A stretch of 64,000 nucleotides of DNA from NCBI GenBank assembly GCA_964016885.1, contig OZ024740.1, positions 134,664,001 to 134,728,000 on the forward strand. Direction: 5' to 3'. The notes below the pieces were generated by a model. That model searched no databases. It was not told the DNA's origin and saw only the letters and a program-made list of their open reading frames with translations. Each line of letters opens with the position of its first letter. Position 1 is the stretch's first letter. Position numbers and translations under genes: made by a program. Source of the DNA: Eledone cirrhosa (taxonomy: Eukaryota). Shown here in pieces: positions 1 to 13,384 of the stretch.

Positions 1-690
1 TTCAAAGATTGCTCGACCAGAGGGAGTTATTATGCGGATGCATTCATGTATATATGTGTGTGTCCGCATGTATCTGTGTGTTTCTAAATATATTGTTAAT
101 AACTCCCTCTGGTCGAGCAATCTTTGAAGTGTGGGGACAGCTGGAAAGCTTCCATTACTCATACTTCTCGCCTTCTTCACCACCTCTTCTACGGCCTCGA
201 TATAAATACCCCCTCCGTCTCCGTGGTATTTTATTCGGGGTTATAGGAGGCTTAGCTCTGTTTCTCGACCGTTATATCGCGTGACTATCTCCCCCTCCGC
301 CTTTTGGGATTCTTTCTCACGTCGTGTAGACGCGTTCTTGAGACTAGTAAAATGAGGTATCCTCTTGATAAGTCGGCAGACCTCGCAAGGACTCTATATC
401 TTTATGATATATTGTTTTTGTTTATGCCACGAAACTACGTAGTCGAGGAATTTAGGAGCAATTTAGGTATGATACATTTTATTACTAATTATATCTAAAT
501 GTTTCTTCTCTCTTCATAATGTATTTTTAACTCTGATACTGGTTCAGTCTAGTTCAACTGAATTGGTCTGTCCCAGTCATTCATTGAGCAACATCGGTGA
601 AGTTGGCACCCTTAACTCACAGTTGGGTGCGGATGCATTCATGTATATATGTGTGTGTCCGCATGTATCTGTGTGTTTCTAAATATATTG
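1..690 (-). mobile_element. Penelope-like pseudo-LTR repeat (tandem ~600-bp unit with short terminal inversion)
   Basis: 33-97 is repeated at 628-690; 1-32 is the reverse complement of 98-128; near-identical copy at 29402-30252. Tandem plus inverted ends are typical of PLEs, but no clear ORF. Confidence 0.5.
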
Positions 691-691
691 T

Positions 692-813
<122 letters not shown>

Positions 814-840
814 GCACATATGTTGTGGTATTTATATCTT

Positions 841-1165
841 TTCAGGTGGTAGGAGAGGGTAGGGAGTGGGATGGGTGGAGGTCATTGGTTGAAAGAAAAG
901 GGAATTCATTAAAAGCTAATTCTTTAAGGCTATAATTTATATTTAGAGTGACAAAGGCAGAAAGAATTCTATAAACAAATTCAAAATGGGGTGCCACTCC
1001 TTATATTTAAGATAACAATGCCTATATTTCAGGTGTCTATAAGATGGTTGGGGGTCGGTCATGGTTGATGGATTTAAAGAAAAGGGAAATTCTTTAAAAG
1101 CTAATTCTTTAAAGCTCTACCTAGAGTGACAAAGGCCAAGAGAGTTCTATAAACCAGTTCAAAAT
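841..1165. repeat. Diverged ~190-bp tandem duplication
   Basis: ttcaggtg...aaaagctaattcttta...agagtgacaaaggc...ttctataaac occurs twice (841-990, 1029-1165). Confidence 0.7.
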
Positions 1166-1218
1166 ATCGGGTGTCTATCATTATTGTCATGTTTCTCTTG
1201 AGCTATATTCCAGGTGTC

Positions 1219-1330
<112 letters not shown>

Positions 1331-1371
1331 CGAAACATAAGTCAATTGCATGAACTCATAATCCTTTATTT

Positions 1372-1429
1372 ACTGCTATATATATATTTCGATGATAGCC
1401 ATTGAATGGCTATGACCTCATCAGGCAGT
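1372..1429 (-). ncRNA. Minimal type I hammerhead ribozyme
   Basis: Minus strand: ACTGC-CTGATGA-ggtcATAGCCattcaatGGCTATcatc-GAAA-TATATATA-TA-GCAGT. Stems I and II pair; stem III is palindromic. Confidence 0.85.
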
Positions 1430-1586
1430 TAGTCAGTTCTTAGATATACCAGCTCTGTGTTTATAGTGTTGATGGTATCATAGCCTTGGGACATATATAT
1501 ATAATTGTTTTTTTGTCTGGTTGATTATGCTGATTGGTAGAGGAAATGGTGTATATATTTTATCAAATGATTCTATGGACATACTT

Positions 1587-1649
<63 letters not shown>

Positions 1650-2276
1650 TACACTCATTTTCTTTAGTTCATCGTGCCATACGGACCCCCGAAAACCATG
1701 ATGAACTAAAGAAAATGATTGCACATGCGGTTGGGGCCAGTATGAAATTAACCCTTAAGGAACATATGTTCAAATTTAATTGAAAAACATATGCCCAAGA
1801 GGAGGGAGCAGCCATTGGTGTTAGCATTGCAGGTGACATAGCTAACCTATTCATGGTATGGTGGGACAATAGACTTAAACTTAAACTTAAAGAACAATTA
1901 GAAGACAGTAACCTCTTAACCCTGATAATGTACTCCCGCTACGTATCAACGTAGCGGGAGTACATTATCATCGTATAAACATCGTAGTAAAAACACCTCA
2001 CTAGAGACCAGTCAGGAATTAGAGAAAAACACAATGGAAAGCATCCAGCAAATAGCTAACTCCATCCACCAGAGTATTAGAGTTACTATAGTCTACCCAA
2101 GCAAACACCCCAACCATCGATTACCTGTACTAGACACAGAGATCTGATTAGAAACCATTAATAACAAAAAACAAATCCTCCATTCCCATTATGCCAAACC
2201 CAATGACTTCCAATATCTGATCCACCGAAACTCAGCTGTTTCGGATCACACCAAAATCAACATACTGATTGCGGAT

Positions 2277-3092
2277 TTGGTACGGGTGGTGAGAAACGTG
2301 TCCCGCATGTGCAACCCCAAAGAACTAGAGAGACACATACAACACTTCATCCACCGTATGCAATTCTCTGGTTACAATCAGAGAGATAAAATCAGAGTAT
2401 ATAGAGGAGCCAGAACCAAATGGGAAAAAATGGTAAATAATTATACAAATGGGACCTGCCCCTTGTATAGGAGCAAATTTTGGAATAGAATAGAAAGAAC
2501 TAGGAATAAGGTTAATAGAATAAACTCATGGTATGATATCAATAAATACCAGAGTGTAATGTTCATCAATACAACCCCTAGAGGTGAATTAGCTTACAAA
2601 TTTAGAAGGGCCTTAGATAAACATAAACTTAATATTAAGATAGTAGAAATACCAGGTACCTCCATAAAAACACTTATTAGCAATACATACCCTTTTCAAA
2701 GACCTCCCTGTATAGATAAGGAATGCATAATCTGTAAACTAAGCCCCCATATTAACTGTAAAACTAGAAATGTAGTATATAGCATAAGATGTACTGTAGG
2801 ACAATGTAAAGATAAGAATATAGTGTACATAGGTGAGACAGCTCGTAGCATAGGAGAACAGTTAAATGAACACTGGCGAGAACTTCAAGATAAAAAAGAA
2901 TCATCAATATTCCACCAACATGCTAAAACAGAACATAAGGGCAAATTAGAGAACATAGAAATAAAAATAGAATCTACACACAGAAAAGACGCAATGTTTA
3001 GACAAATCACAGAGGCAATAAACATAAATGAACTCCAACCAAAATTAAATAGAAAACATGAATGGAATAGCAACATCACAACTTACAATTAA
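2277..3092 (+). pseudogene. PLE RT C-terminus/linker and GIY-YIG endonuclease (open remnant)
   Basis: VVY...YIGET GIY-YIG signature; upstream RT has stops and frameshifts. Confidence 0.85.
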
Positions 3093-3288
3093 GGACAAAA
3101 TGAAAACACACACACGCATAGAACAAACAACCAGCCACTAACATGTAAATAAACAAATAAATAAACAAATAAAAACACACGGACACCCGGATATAACACA
3201 TGCCCAAACTAAGCACACAACACACACAAAAACAAGATGGCGTAGGACAGAACAAAGGAGAGGCACAAAACAAAGAAAAGAATCCCCA

Positions 3289-3331
3289 GTCACTGAAGAG
3301 GTCACAGAATGTGTGACGAAAAAACTTTGAC
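3289..3331 (+). ncRNA. Minimal type I hammerhead ribozyme in PLE 3' region
   Basis: GTCA-CTGAAGA-gGTCACAgaatgTGTGAC-GAAA-aaac-TT-TGAC. Confidence 0.75.
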
Positions 3332-3482
3332 AATATATACAACTGTCCGGTTATGGAACCAACCAACCAACCGGAAATTTATAAATTCTTAAATTTATAA
3401 ATTTAATTTATAATAAATTGGAGTGAAAGCAGCTGGTGCGTGTGTTTCTTATTGGCAACATGACCCTCCCAAAGTATAACAA

Positions 3483-3587
3483 TATACACATATACATATA
3501 TATATATACACATATATACATATATATACACACACATATACATATATATACACACATATATATTTATATATACACATATATATATAT

Positions 3588-3632
<45 letters not shown>

Positions 3633-3669
3633 TATATATATATACACACACACACATATGTATATATAT

Positions 3670-3700
<31 letters not shown>

Positions 3701-3887
3701 CATACACACACACATATACATATATATACACACACACACATATACATATATATACACACACACACATATACATATATATACACACACACACATATACATA
3801 TATATACACACACACACACATATAAATATATATACACACACACACATATATAAATATATATACACACACACACATATAAATATATAT

Positions 3888-3951
<64 letters not shown>

Positions 3952-3972
3952 GTGCATATATATACATACACA
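3483..3972. repeat. Compound (CA)n/(TA)n microsatellite
   Basis: Visible directly. Confidence 0.95.
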
Positions 3973-4403
3973 CTCCAAGTTCTTAATTTGTTGAGTTGCT
4001 TTAACTGCGACTAGTACTTCACACCTTTTTTATAGTGGATATGATGTCCAGTCCTATTTGTATCTGCCTAGACAGTTTTTATTTTCACACCATGAGGTGT
4101 AGGGTTTTAACTAGCTCTCAGATCCCGACAGATATAAAGATGTTTTGTACTGTATATCTAAAGACAATTCCTCTGACGATTAGTTTCGCGCCTTCTGCAG
4201 CTTTACCAAAATCGATAGTTGGTAATCGATAATTGATTATTTGAATCGATTTTTGCTCCGGTTTACGAATTATAAAATGACACCGCAAGGAAATTAATGA
4301 CATTTCCACCTTAAAGTTTCCTCGAATATTATGTGTCTTATATATGTGTACAAAATACCACGTGTTTCTCAAACAATATATGGCTCTTCCCCCCCCCCCC
4401 TCT

Positions 4404-4443
<40 letters not shown>

Positions 4444-5069
4444 GAAATTACTAATATAATAAAACAAATATGCCTATACTTTACTAACGTATTGAGCACC
4501 TTTTTTAACTGTGGTCACCTCCCGATATACATCGGGAACCCACCTAGATATATAATGTAAGGGTCGAGTTTTCTTTCAAACACCCTTCATTGAAAAACAA
4601 CTGTGCACCAGTTTGATAATTTTCATTAAAGATTTTTCGTATTTCTTTATCGGTTTTGTAAGCTTAGATTGGAACAGCAGCGTTCCTAAAGCTATGTGTG
4701 CATTAATGATTAGAAGGCTTCGTGGCTTCATCTTCAGAAATCGGAATGGTCAAACTAGTGACATATTTGTCGTGTGCTTAGCAGTGGTTGTAAAGAATTT
4801 GTGTATTTAGTGTAAAGGAATGTGCTATATTTACAGGGCTATATTTACATGCGCTACAATTTATGTACATGTTATGTTTATCGAAGTTTTTTTATATCTT
4901 GGTTGATATTTGATAATAACCGCTAAACTAATCACTACAACTAAATTGACCAAATTCCCCCCCCCCCCTCCATTCAGAAATACTTCCACCGCCCCTGATT
5001 TGTTATTGATATTTCCTATGTTCATGTCCAAGCTCGAGATAATATTTTGGACTGAGCTTGCGTTGATGC

Positions 5070-5200
5070 TGTGGAGGATTGTAAATATGAAGAATTATTC
5101 TCAAGACTATCTTTAAGACGATCGACCTGTTCTTCAATGTCACAACAAATATACAGTCGACATACCAGGTGTAAATAGTGTGGTTAGGATTTCCAGTACA
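5070..5200 (-). mobile_element. Degraded PLE RT fragment
   Basis: NPNHTIYTWYVDCIFV then DIEEQVDRLKDSLENNS in the next frame; resembles the PLE RYVDDIF region. Confidence 0.5.
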
Positions 5201-5204
5201 TATA

Positions 5205-5284
5205 CAGGATGTCCCCCAAAAATGTATACACACTTCAAGAGCCTTCTAATAATTATGTGTATATATATTTTGGGGGACACCCTG
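5205..5284. mobile_element. 80-bp Tc1/mariner-type MITE
   Basis: TA-CAGGATGTCCCCCAAAA...TTTTGGGGGACACCCTG-TA. Confidence 0.8.
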
Positions 5285-5656
5285 TATATATATATATATA
5301 TATATGTTGTGAGGGTGGGTACAAATGAAAAAAAAAAGAACAACACAATTGTGGAAGTTGAAAATATTCTTATTATTAGTTTAACTTTCCGCACTACCAG
5401 TGCTTTCCAGGCGTAAAGACCTCAATTTCACCAGGAGTATTGAAGGTATGTCTTACCTCCAATTTATCTGATTGAATAGCCTGAAAACCGATGATCGTAC
5501 GGAGGCAAGTTAAACTGTTAATATAAATACAATATATATAATTTCAATCATTTGAAAACGTTAACAAGCCGCCCTTATAATTTTAAAAACAAAACGAAAT
5601 TCTAGATCTGCTTAAAGAAAAAAAAAAGATAAAGAAAGATGCAAAACAAACTTTAC

Positions 5657-5840
5657 CGTAATCGAATCCTCGGCTGGTAATCCGCATAATAAATCCGATA
5701 TCTGGGGTATTCTGAACTGAAGATTGTTCTTCATTATTCTCAACGTCTTCTGCTATGGTTGTCTGTGTTTTGACAAAGATAAATAAACTTAACAATAATA
5801 ATCCCATCGGAATTGCTAAAAGTTGCATTTTATTACTCAT
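5657..5840 (-). CDS. First coding exon of a secreted LBP/BPI-family (lipid/LPS-binding) protein
   Basis: Hydrophobic signal peptide, then PDIGFIMRITSRGFDY (cf. the LBP/BPI PG..RIT.KGLDY motif); phase-1 donor TACG|GTAAAG right after DY, as in vertebrate BPI/LBP exon 1. Confidence 0.65.
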
Positions 5841-7164
5841 CTTTTAATTTAGATGTGACCAGCAGCAAGAAACAATAAACTTGATATACGTCGAATAGAT
5901 ACTGTTGTTTTTATTGTTAATAAAGCTTATCTTATTTAGTCCGATAATTTTCTTTCGATGATGCTTTGAAATTTTCTTTAAAAGTTTTTTACTAAATATT
6001 TCAATGTATTAATAGTAATGAATCTTGTTTCTCATTGCGTGTATACATGATGTAAGCATGTAAGGTTTACTTTCTTTCCTTCTTGCTATCTTGAGTCTTT
6101 TTTGTTTTATATATTAGTTTCCTTTTTATCTTACGTACATGTATCTTTACATGTGTATCTGCGTATGGATATATGATCTGTGTGTGTGTGTGTGTATGCG
6201 TAGGCTATAATCTACGTATATCAGGGAAAGGATTCTACAAAAAATATATGAAAAATGTGGCTGTATATATGTGTATGGATCTCTATGCGTATATATTATA
6301 TATGAGCGTATGTGTGGGTGTATATCACCTTGACTTAGGTATATTTCTCTGACAGTACCTATCAAGAAATGGTTGCCTATGATATATATCAAGTATTTCA
6401 TTCAGACGTATTAATGATAGAAAAATAATTTTAAAAAACGTAAAGAAAACAAGCACACGCACAAAAAAAAAAACGAAAATAAAACGTGTTTGTTTTTGTT
6501 ATTGCAGTCGATTTTAGTTAAGAGGGGGACATGGGAACAATGTTACAAAAATGGTGGGGGTTGAGGTGGTGATGGTGACTGTATTTGAAATGTGGGGAAG
6601 GCGAAGTGGGTAGTGGTAAACCTAATGATGTAAGTAGTGATGCATAAGATGGTGACGGGGGGAGGGGGAACATTCGTAATGGTGATATTGCATGGAGGGA
6701 GAATGACGTTTGAAGTGGCGGCAAGTTATGGAGGTGTGTCTGTTAGCGGGGATGGTGATGGATGCTGTGCTGTTGGCGATGATGATGCCGGCAAATTGCG
6801 GAGGTGTGTCTGTTCGTAAGGCTGAGATAGGTGATGAGTGTTATGTGGTTGATGGTAGTGACGGCGACTAATTATGGAGGGGTGTACTTTGCCGGGGCTT
6901 AAGGGTAGGTGGTGGATGCTGTGCTATTGGTGTAGAAGGGTGGGTGGCAGCGGTGACTAGTTGTGAAGCGCGAAAGATAGACATTTGGCGGGGGGTGGGA
7001 GTTGTGAACGTGTGTGGTGTCAACAACTAGTTATACGAGAAAGGAGAGTGGCGTGTAGTCGTAGTCGTGATGGCGGCGACTAAATTGGGGATGTTGTATG
7101 GTTGTGGATGTGAGTTGTGTACTGCAGTGTTGTTAATTCGTGAGAGTGCTTGAATTTTGACGAT

Positions 7165-7306
7165 GGTGGCTAGGAAAAAATGTGGAGTCGGATAGAAAGC
7201 TTTGATGTATTTATTTGGCTTTCTACGCTCTGACTTCAAATTCTGCCGAAGGCAACTTTGCTTTCATCCTTTAAAGGTCGATAAATAAAGTACAAGTACA
7301 ACACTT

Positions 7307-7308
<2 letters not shown>
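7165..7308 (+). mobile_element. tRNA-derived SINE family A, degenerate
   Basis: ttcaaattctgccgaaggcaactttgctttcatcc..gtcgataaataaagtac shared with other copies. Confidence 0.65.
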
Positions 7309-7373
<65 letters not shown>

Positions 7374-7444
7374 AAGGAAATCAATCACGAAGGTGATACT
7401 TTGACATATTAGAAAAATCTAAGTTAAGGAACCAGTGATATGCA

Positions 7445-7494
<50 letters not shown>

Positions 7495-7495
<1 letters not shown>

Positions 7496-8332
7496 GAGGT
7501 ATGTCTGAAAAGTAACAGGACTTAGTGTGTTACGTGAGCTATGAGTGAGGTAGGGATTAGCTGGTTGCCTCACCGTGTGACGTAATATCTGGAGAGTATA
7601 TAAATGCGATCTCAGCTCTTTGCAGCCATAGTATGTTTTTTTGGTATGCTTTTGTTAACAGATCCTCAATTTTAGGCTGTCAAGCGATGAGCACAGAGCA
7701 ACGAACCAGCTTGACGTTTCTGGCCCGACTGGGGAACACTCCGTAGAAGCACTCGGAATACTGCAGCAAGTGTACGGAAATGAGATTATGTCCCGTTCAT
7801 GGATTTTCAAGTGGCACAAAAGGTTTAAAGGGACGCGAGGACGTGGAAACGACCCCATGAGCTGGAGGCCTTCAACCAGCAGGACTGATGCCAATGTTGT
7901 TGCGTGGCGATCGTCGGCATACTGTTTGACTGATCGCAAGTGTGCTGGGCAAGAACCGTGACAGTGTTTGGAAGATTATCACCAATTATTTGGGCATGCA
8001 GAAGATCGCCGGCTCACAACGCCCAGAGCATCCTGCAGTTTCTGGCCGAGAAAAACATTACCGTACTTGATCAACTATGTTATTCACTTGATCTTGCTCT
8101 GTGTGACTTTTTTCTATTCCTTAAGTTCAAAGGGATCATCAAGGGGCTCCGTTTTGAAAGCGTGGAAGCCATCAAGGGGGTATCCGAGAAGAATCCTTCT
8201 AGCAATGCATAGAAGCGTTACAGAGAAGGGTGGATTAGACTTGAAGGGGGGTTAATGTGAAGGATAAAACATGTAGCTTGTTGTTTGGAATTGAAATTGT
8301 GACACCAGTCCTGTTACTTTTCAGACAAACCT

Positions 8333-8334
<2 letters not shown>
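7495..8334 (+). mobile_element. Internally deleted mariner transposon
   Basis: 28-bp TIRs CGAGGTATGTCTGAAAAGTAACAGGACT / AGTCCTGTTACTTTTCAGACAAACCTTG, TA flanks; remnants YGNEIMSRSWIFKWHKRFK (HTH) and YSLDLALCDFFLF (YSPDLAP motif). Confidence 0.92.
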
Positions 8335-9148
<814 letters not shown>

Positions 9149-9220
9149 AATGGTAGCTATGATGCTTCCATAGACGGTATGCCAGTTAAGCAGTCTATGT
9201 TCTTACAGAGCAGAGTGTGA

Positions 9221-9661
9221 TATAATATAAAACGAAAAATCAATGATGCATCTGGACTCAATTTATTGTGTTACAATTGTTTCGCCGGCAGACAGCTCGA
9301 GACACGATCATTGCATGGATGTCTGATTCTGGAACTGCAGGTTCGTCGGACAACTCCAATAACTTCGGAACAAAGTGTGTCGGACGGAGAGTAGCTGATG
9401 GCCACTATGGCAGCAAATATTGGCCAGAATTCATGATGACGTAGAAAAATAACAGCCAACAACAGGACAAGCGAGGAAGATGTTTTTTGAAGCTAAAACC
9501 CCAGTGAGAATATTTGTTCCGAAGTTATTGGAAGTGTCCGACGAACCTGCAGTTCCAGAATCAGACAGATCCATACAATGATCGTGTCTCGAGCTGTCTG
9601 CCGGCGAAACAATTGTAACACACAATAAATTGAGTCCAGATGCATCACTGATTTTTCGTTT

Positions 9662-9670
<9 letters not shown>
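9221..9670. mobile_element. Inverted-repeat cassette (~155-bp arms) with an HHR-like motif in each arm
   Basis: 9221-9374 is the reverse complement of 9513-9670. Confidence 0.8.
9534..9621 (+). ncRNA. HHR-like motif with long stem II and CCGACGA core variant
   Basis: GTGT-CCGACGA-acctGCAG...CTGCcggc-GAAA-CAATTG-TA-ACAC; mirror copy at 9268-9353 (-). Confidence 0.6.
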
Positions 9671-9728
<58 letters not shown>

Positions 9729-10416
9729 CATTTTAAACTTAGTTTAATTGATTATTTGTCTAGTTAATTTCTACGGACTAAGAGGAAAGACTAGGTAAAT
9801 TTTATCTGACTGTTCCTCACAGAGGATATTCTGTGACATTTATCTGTTATTTCTTCAAAGTTACATTTTAAACTTAGCTCCGTTTAAATGATTATTTATC
9901 TAATTGATTTCTACGGACTAAGGAGAAGAAAAATTGGATATATTTTGTCTGACTGTTCTTCAAACTTATATATATTTCACGTGAGAGGTATAAGAGACAC
10001 AGAAAACTTGTTAAAGATGAACAGATGGACAATTCTCTCTCGGCGGCTATCTTCTGGGCGTCTCCATAGTTTCGTTGTTTAGAGACATTACTATTCATCC
10101 CAAGTACATCAATAGTCCCTTAAATAAGAGACCTGTTCGGGATGATTGCACAATGGATACTGAACAAGACAACAACGATGCAGATCGTGTCTTTTCAATT
10201 CATTGGACAAGGAGACAAAACAAAAATCTACATACCGATACGGGATAGGAAAATTGCTACAACCAAACACACATAACATAAATGTGGGTAGGTAACCCTG
10301 CGAAAATGTCGTAAATGAAATATCCATTCTGATTTGCACAATGTGCTAACATCCGTGGCGAAAGTAATTCAATAACAAATGTTCATACACAACACAGCAT
10401 ATATTAGAAAGATATA

Positions 10417-10790
10417 CTCTCAGGTCTTGAATAATCGCCTCCAACCCCCACCCCGCTTATTAATTTTTCCGATTTTTTCACCTATGCCCACCCCTCATCC
10501 CCACTTATTAAATTTTGCTAATCTATCTCCGGCGAAATGTTATTGTAAGTGATTCATATCGATACAGCAGCTGGAAAATCTAATAATTTTATTTTACATT
10601 AAAAAAAATTTATATATCACAAAAATAACATTACAAGAAATTCCATACTTACGAACGTACACTATATATTTACCGTCCCCTTCCCGTTTATCCCCCTTCC
10701 GCTGCTTATAAGAATTTAAGCAAATGTCTACCCCATCCCATTTCCCGCTTATTCCAATACCCCCTCCCTCCATTATTTGGGATCCGAGAG
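10417..10790. mobile_element. TA-flanked MITE
   Basis: TA-CTCTCAGGTCTTGAATAAT ... ATTATTTGGGATCCGAGAG-TA imperfect TIRs. Confidence 0.6.
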
Positions 10791-10833
10791 TAAGCTAAAT
10801 TTAATGCGATGTGCAAATTAAGAAATATATATA

Positions 10834-11193
10834 CAGTGTACCTTCGATATTCGTGGTCCCGGTTATTCGCGGAATTTTCCTTAGAACCTAACTAATAATT
10901 CTTCGTGGAAACCACCGCATATTCGCGGAATCATAAAATACCTTCCGCGATTTTTTTAATGGCTTTTTTCGTGGCAATATATATTTTTTTAACGCTTAAT
11001 TAATAATAACAATATACTGTATTTGCCGGCCTATGGGACGCCACTTCGTATAAGATGCTTCTTTTTTTATTATATTTTACGTTATATTTTGACGTTTATA
11101 GGCATTTTTATGGACCACGTCTAATATTCGCGGTTTTTCAATCTTAGCGGGTGCTTTAGGAACGTAACCCCCGCGAATACCGGGGAACAACTG
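10834..11193. mobile_element. Tigger/pogo-like MITE
   Basis: CAGTGTACCTTCGATATTCGTGG ... CCGCGAATACCGGGGAACAACTG TIRs; repeated TATTCGCGG motifs. Confidence 0.7.
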
Positions 11194-11509
11194 AAATTCA
11201 AAAATACAATCTGTTATCTTATTACAAACAGAAAGGTAATCTCTTATTTTTTTGTTTCACGGGCAATTGACCGCTTATCAGAAGAAAATTATTCTAACGC
11301 CGCTGAGGGGTATTTCAAAGACATCCTAGTTTATATTTGAAATAAATATAGTTTGACTATAGGTCTCTTCGTGGGTGGGAGGATAAGTGTACTTGTGTTC
11401 TGATAAACGGCCAATTAGGAGTGAAGCGTGTAAAAGCAATCTGTTTTTCTTCTGTGAACGAAAAAAGTAACGATGTTTTTCACACACATACACACATTCA
11501 TACACATAT

Positions 11510-11625
11510 ATATTGTTATACTTCGGGAGGGTCATGCTGCCAATAAAAACACACTTCAATTCATTACGAATTTCCAGTTGGTTGGTTTAGTAACCGGATG
11601 GTTGTTTATTTATTGTCAAAGCTCT
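11510..11625 (-). mobile_element. 3' pLTR fragment of the same PLE family as 3320-3485
   Basis: Reverse complement matches ttgacaat..ccggtta..aaccaacc..tattggca.catgaccctccc.aagtataacaata. Confidence 0.8.
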
Positions 11626-11763
11626 TGACTTACTGGTACAACTGAATGGACTGAAGCAACGTGAAATAAAGTGTCTTACTCAAAGACACAATGGTCAGTC
11701 GGGAATCGAACACATGACTTTTAAGATCGTGAGCCGAACACTCTAACTACTAAGTCACGCGCC
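11626..11763 (-). mobile_element. tRNA-derived SINE family B fragment
   Basis: tRNA-like head (gtagttagagtg..gttcgattccc) and ttgagtaagacactttatttcacgttgcttcag body. Confidence 0.75.
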
Positions 11764-12196
11764 ATCACTGTTGAGCAAGCAGTATACCAGCATGAGCATG
11801 TGAAAACGTAAACGAGCTTTTTTAAAAATGAAACTATATTGGTGGCCATTTTGTTTTTATTCATAATTGTAAAAGGAGAAAAAATATATTTGCTTGAAGT
11901 GAAAAGAAACTGTAACCAAACTAAATTTTAAGACATGGAAAATATCCTTGCACATAGTTTATTAAAAATACATTATTGGCAGAGGACAGTTCATTTGTTT
12001 GTCCTGTCTCTTATTTAATCTACTTTCTCTAAAGGCAGACGCAGTTGCAGTACTGTATCGGTCACTACTACCACTCCGATATAACCCCACACTACAAATA
12101 TCGATAAAATCCATGCTCTTTATCATATCACTACAGTACCAACATTACCACCACCACTACCACTGAAACAATGCCATAACTGACAACCGGTAATAT

Positions 12197-12413
12197 GGTT
12201 TCTTATATAGGCACAAGGCCAGCAATTTTGGGGGAGGGGAAAGTCTATTAAATCGACTCCAGTGCGTAACTGGTACTTTATTTTATCGACCCCGTAAGGA
12301 TGAAAAGCAAAGTTAACCTCGGCGGGATTTGAACTCAGATCATAAAGGCCCGTAACTCTATGCTGCAAAGCATGGCGTCCGATCCTCTGCCGATACTGCC
12401 AATCCACCCGCCC
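12197..12413 (-). mobile_element. tRNA-derived SINE family A (full length)
   Basis: A-box-like tggcagtatcgg, B-box gagttcaaatccc; many copies in the window. Confidence 0.9.
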
Positions 12414-12993
12414 TGCCAATCGGTAATATGAACAACGAATATAACGCGAAGGGAAAATATTTGTAATGTTTTTCTTTTTTTTTTAAATTTGCTACTCCCC
12501 GCCTTAAAAGCCTGGTCTTTGTCAAACCTTCTTCTTCTTCTTACCATTTGCATGATCTGTTGTATTTCATAATCTATCCGTATTGTAAGCATACTATCCA
12601 TCTACATACCTATATACCTTCCTTCCTATCTGTTTTTCTTTCTATCTATCTATCTATCTAACTACTTGTCTATGCATATAGCTATCTATTTATGTATAGT
12701 TACCAATGTTTATATCTTCGGACAATAATAAGATCAGGGATAGCAATCAGAGCACGAATACCAATAGTAGTCCGAAGAGAGATGGGTAGATGTAACAAAG
12801 TCATCGTAATTTAGTGGATATCTATTTGATAATGATTAAGGAAAATATGGAAGAAAATTATTGTGATTGATTTAAATGAATGTAAAATGAAATACATCGA
12901 TGGTCGGAGGGACGAACGGGTAGAGAGAAAAGGTAATCGAGAATTCAAACATCTTTACTGTACTAATCAAGGAATTACGAAATTATTATTTTA

Positions 12994-13381
12994 AGGAGTA
13001 GGACTCCGCCAAGGGCGCGTACTGTCAACTCTTTTGTTAATTATTTTCATGAACAGGATTGACATGCGCAACCAGGTTGTAAGTGGTATCATGACTGGCG
13101 GGTGTAAAATCAGTCGGGTGGAATTTGCAGACGACATGGAGTTACTTAACTCGACAGAAGGTAATCTCCGACTTGCACTTGGTAGATCTCGCTTGGGGAT
13201 CCAGCTGGATCTGTTGGAGACAGTTGCTTCTGACAGGAGCCGCTGGAAGGAGTATTTGAGGTCTCTTCCCCCACGATCCTTTCAGGAATAAGTGGGCGAA
13301 GAAGAAGAAGAAGAAGAAGAAGAAGAAGAAGAAGAAGAAGAAGAAGAAGAAGAAGAAGAAGAAGAAGAAGAAGAAGAAGAA
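12994..13381 (+). mobile_element. Internally deleted LINE (RTE-like) with (GAA)n tail
   Basis: GVGLRQG..LS.LL.IIFMNRI, FADD, DRSRWK; sibling at 18210-18606. Confidence 0.8.
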
Positions 13382-13384
13382 GAC

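Larger units (their letters stand above)
1666..3485 (+). mobile_element. Penelope-like retroelement, 5'-truncated (degraded RT + GIY-YIG endonuclease + 3' pLTR)
   Basis: RT motifs in broken frames (QEEGAAIG...IANLFM, LPVLD); ORF 2277-3092 has Cys motif, NVVYSIRC, YIGETARS, EAINI..PKLNRKHE; HHR downstream. Confidence 0.9.

Noticed and set aside
5457-5480. 24-nt micro-exon candidate (ttttcag|...|gtaaga, minus)
   Set aside because: In-frame stop when joined to the phase-1 exon 1; adjacent DNA looks like a degenerate HHR/PLE end (CTGGTGA...GAAAGCACTGGTA)
6540-7160. G/T-skewed tract
   Set aside because: Degenerate low-complexity (GGT-like) sequence with no definable structure
9960-10350. Possible piggyBac C-terminal remnant
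   Set aside because: Too degraded; only a vague Cys pattern
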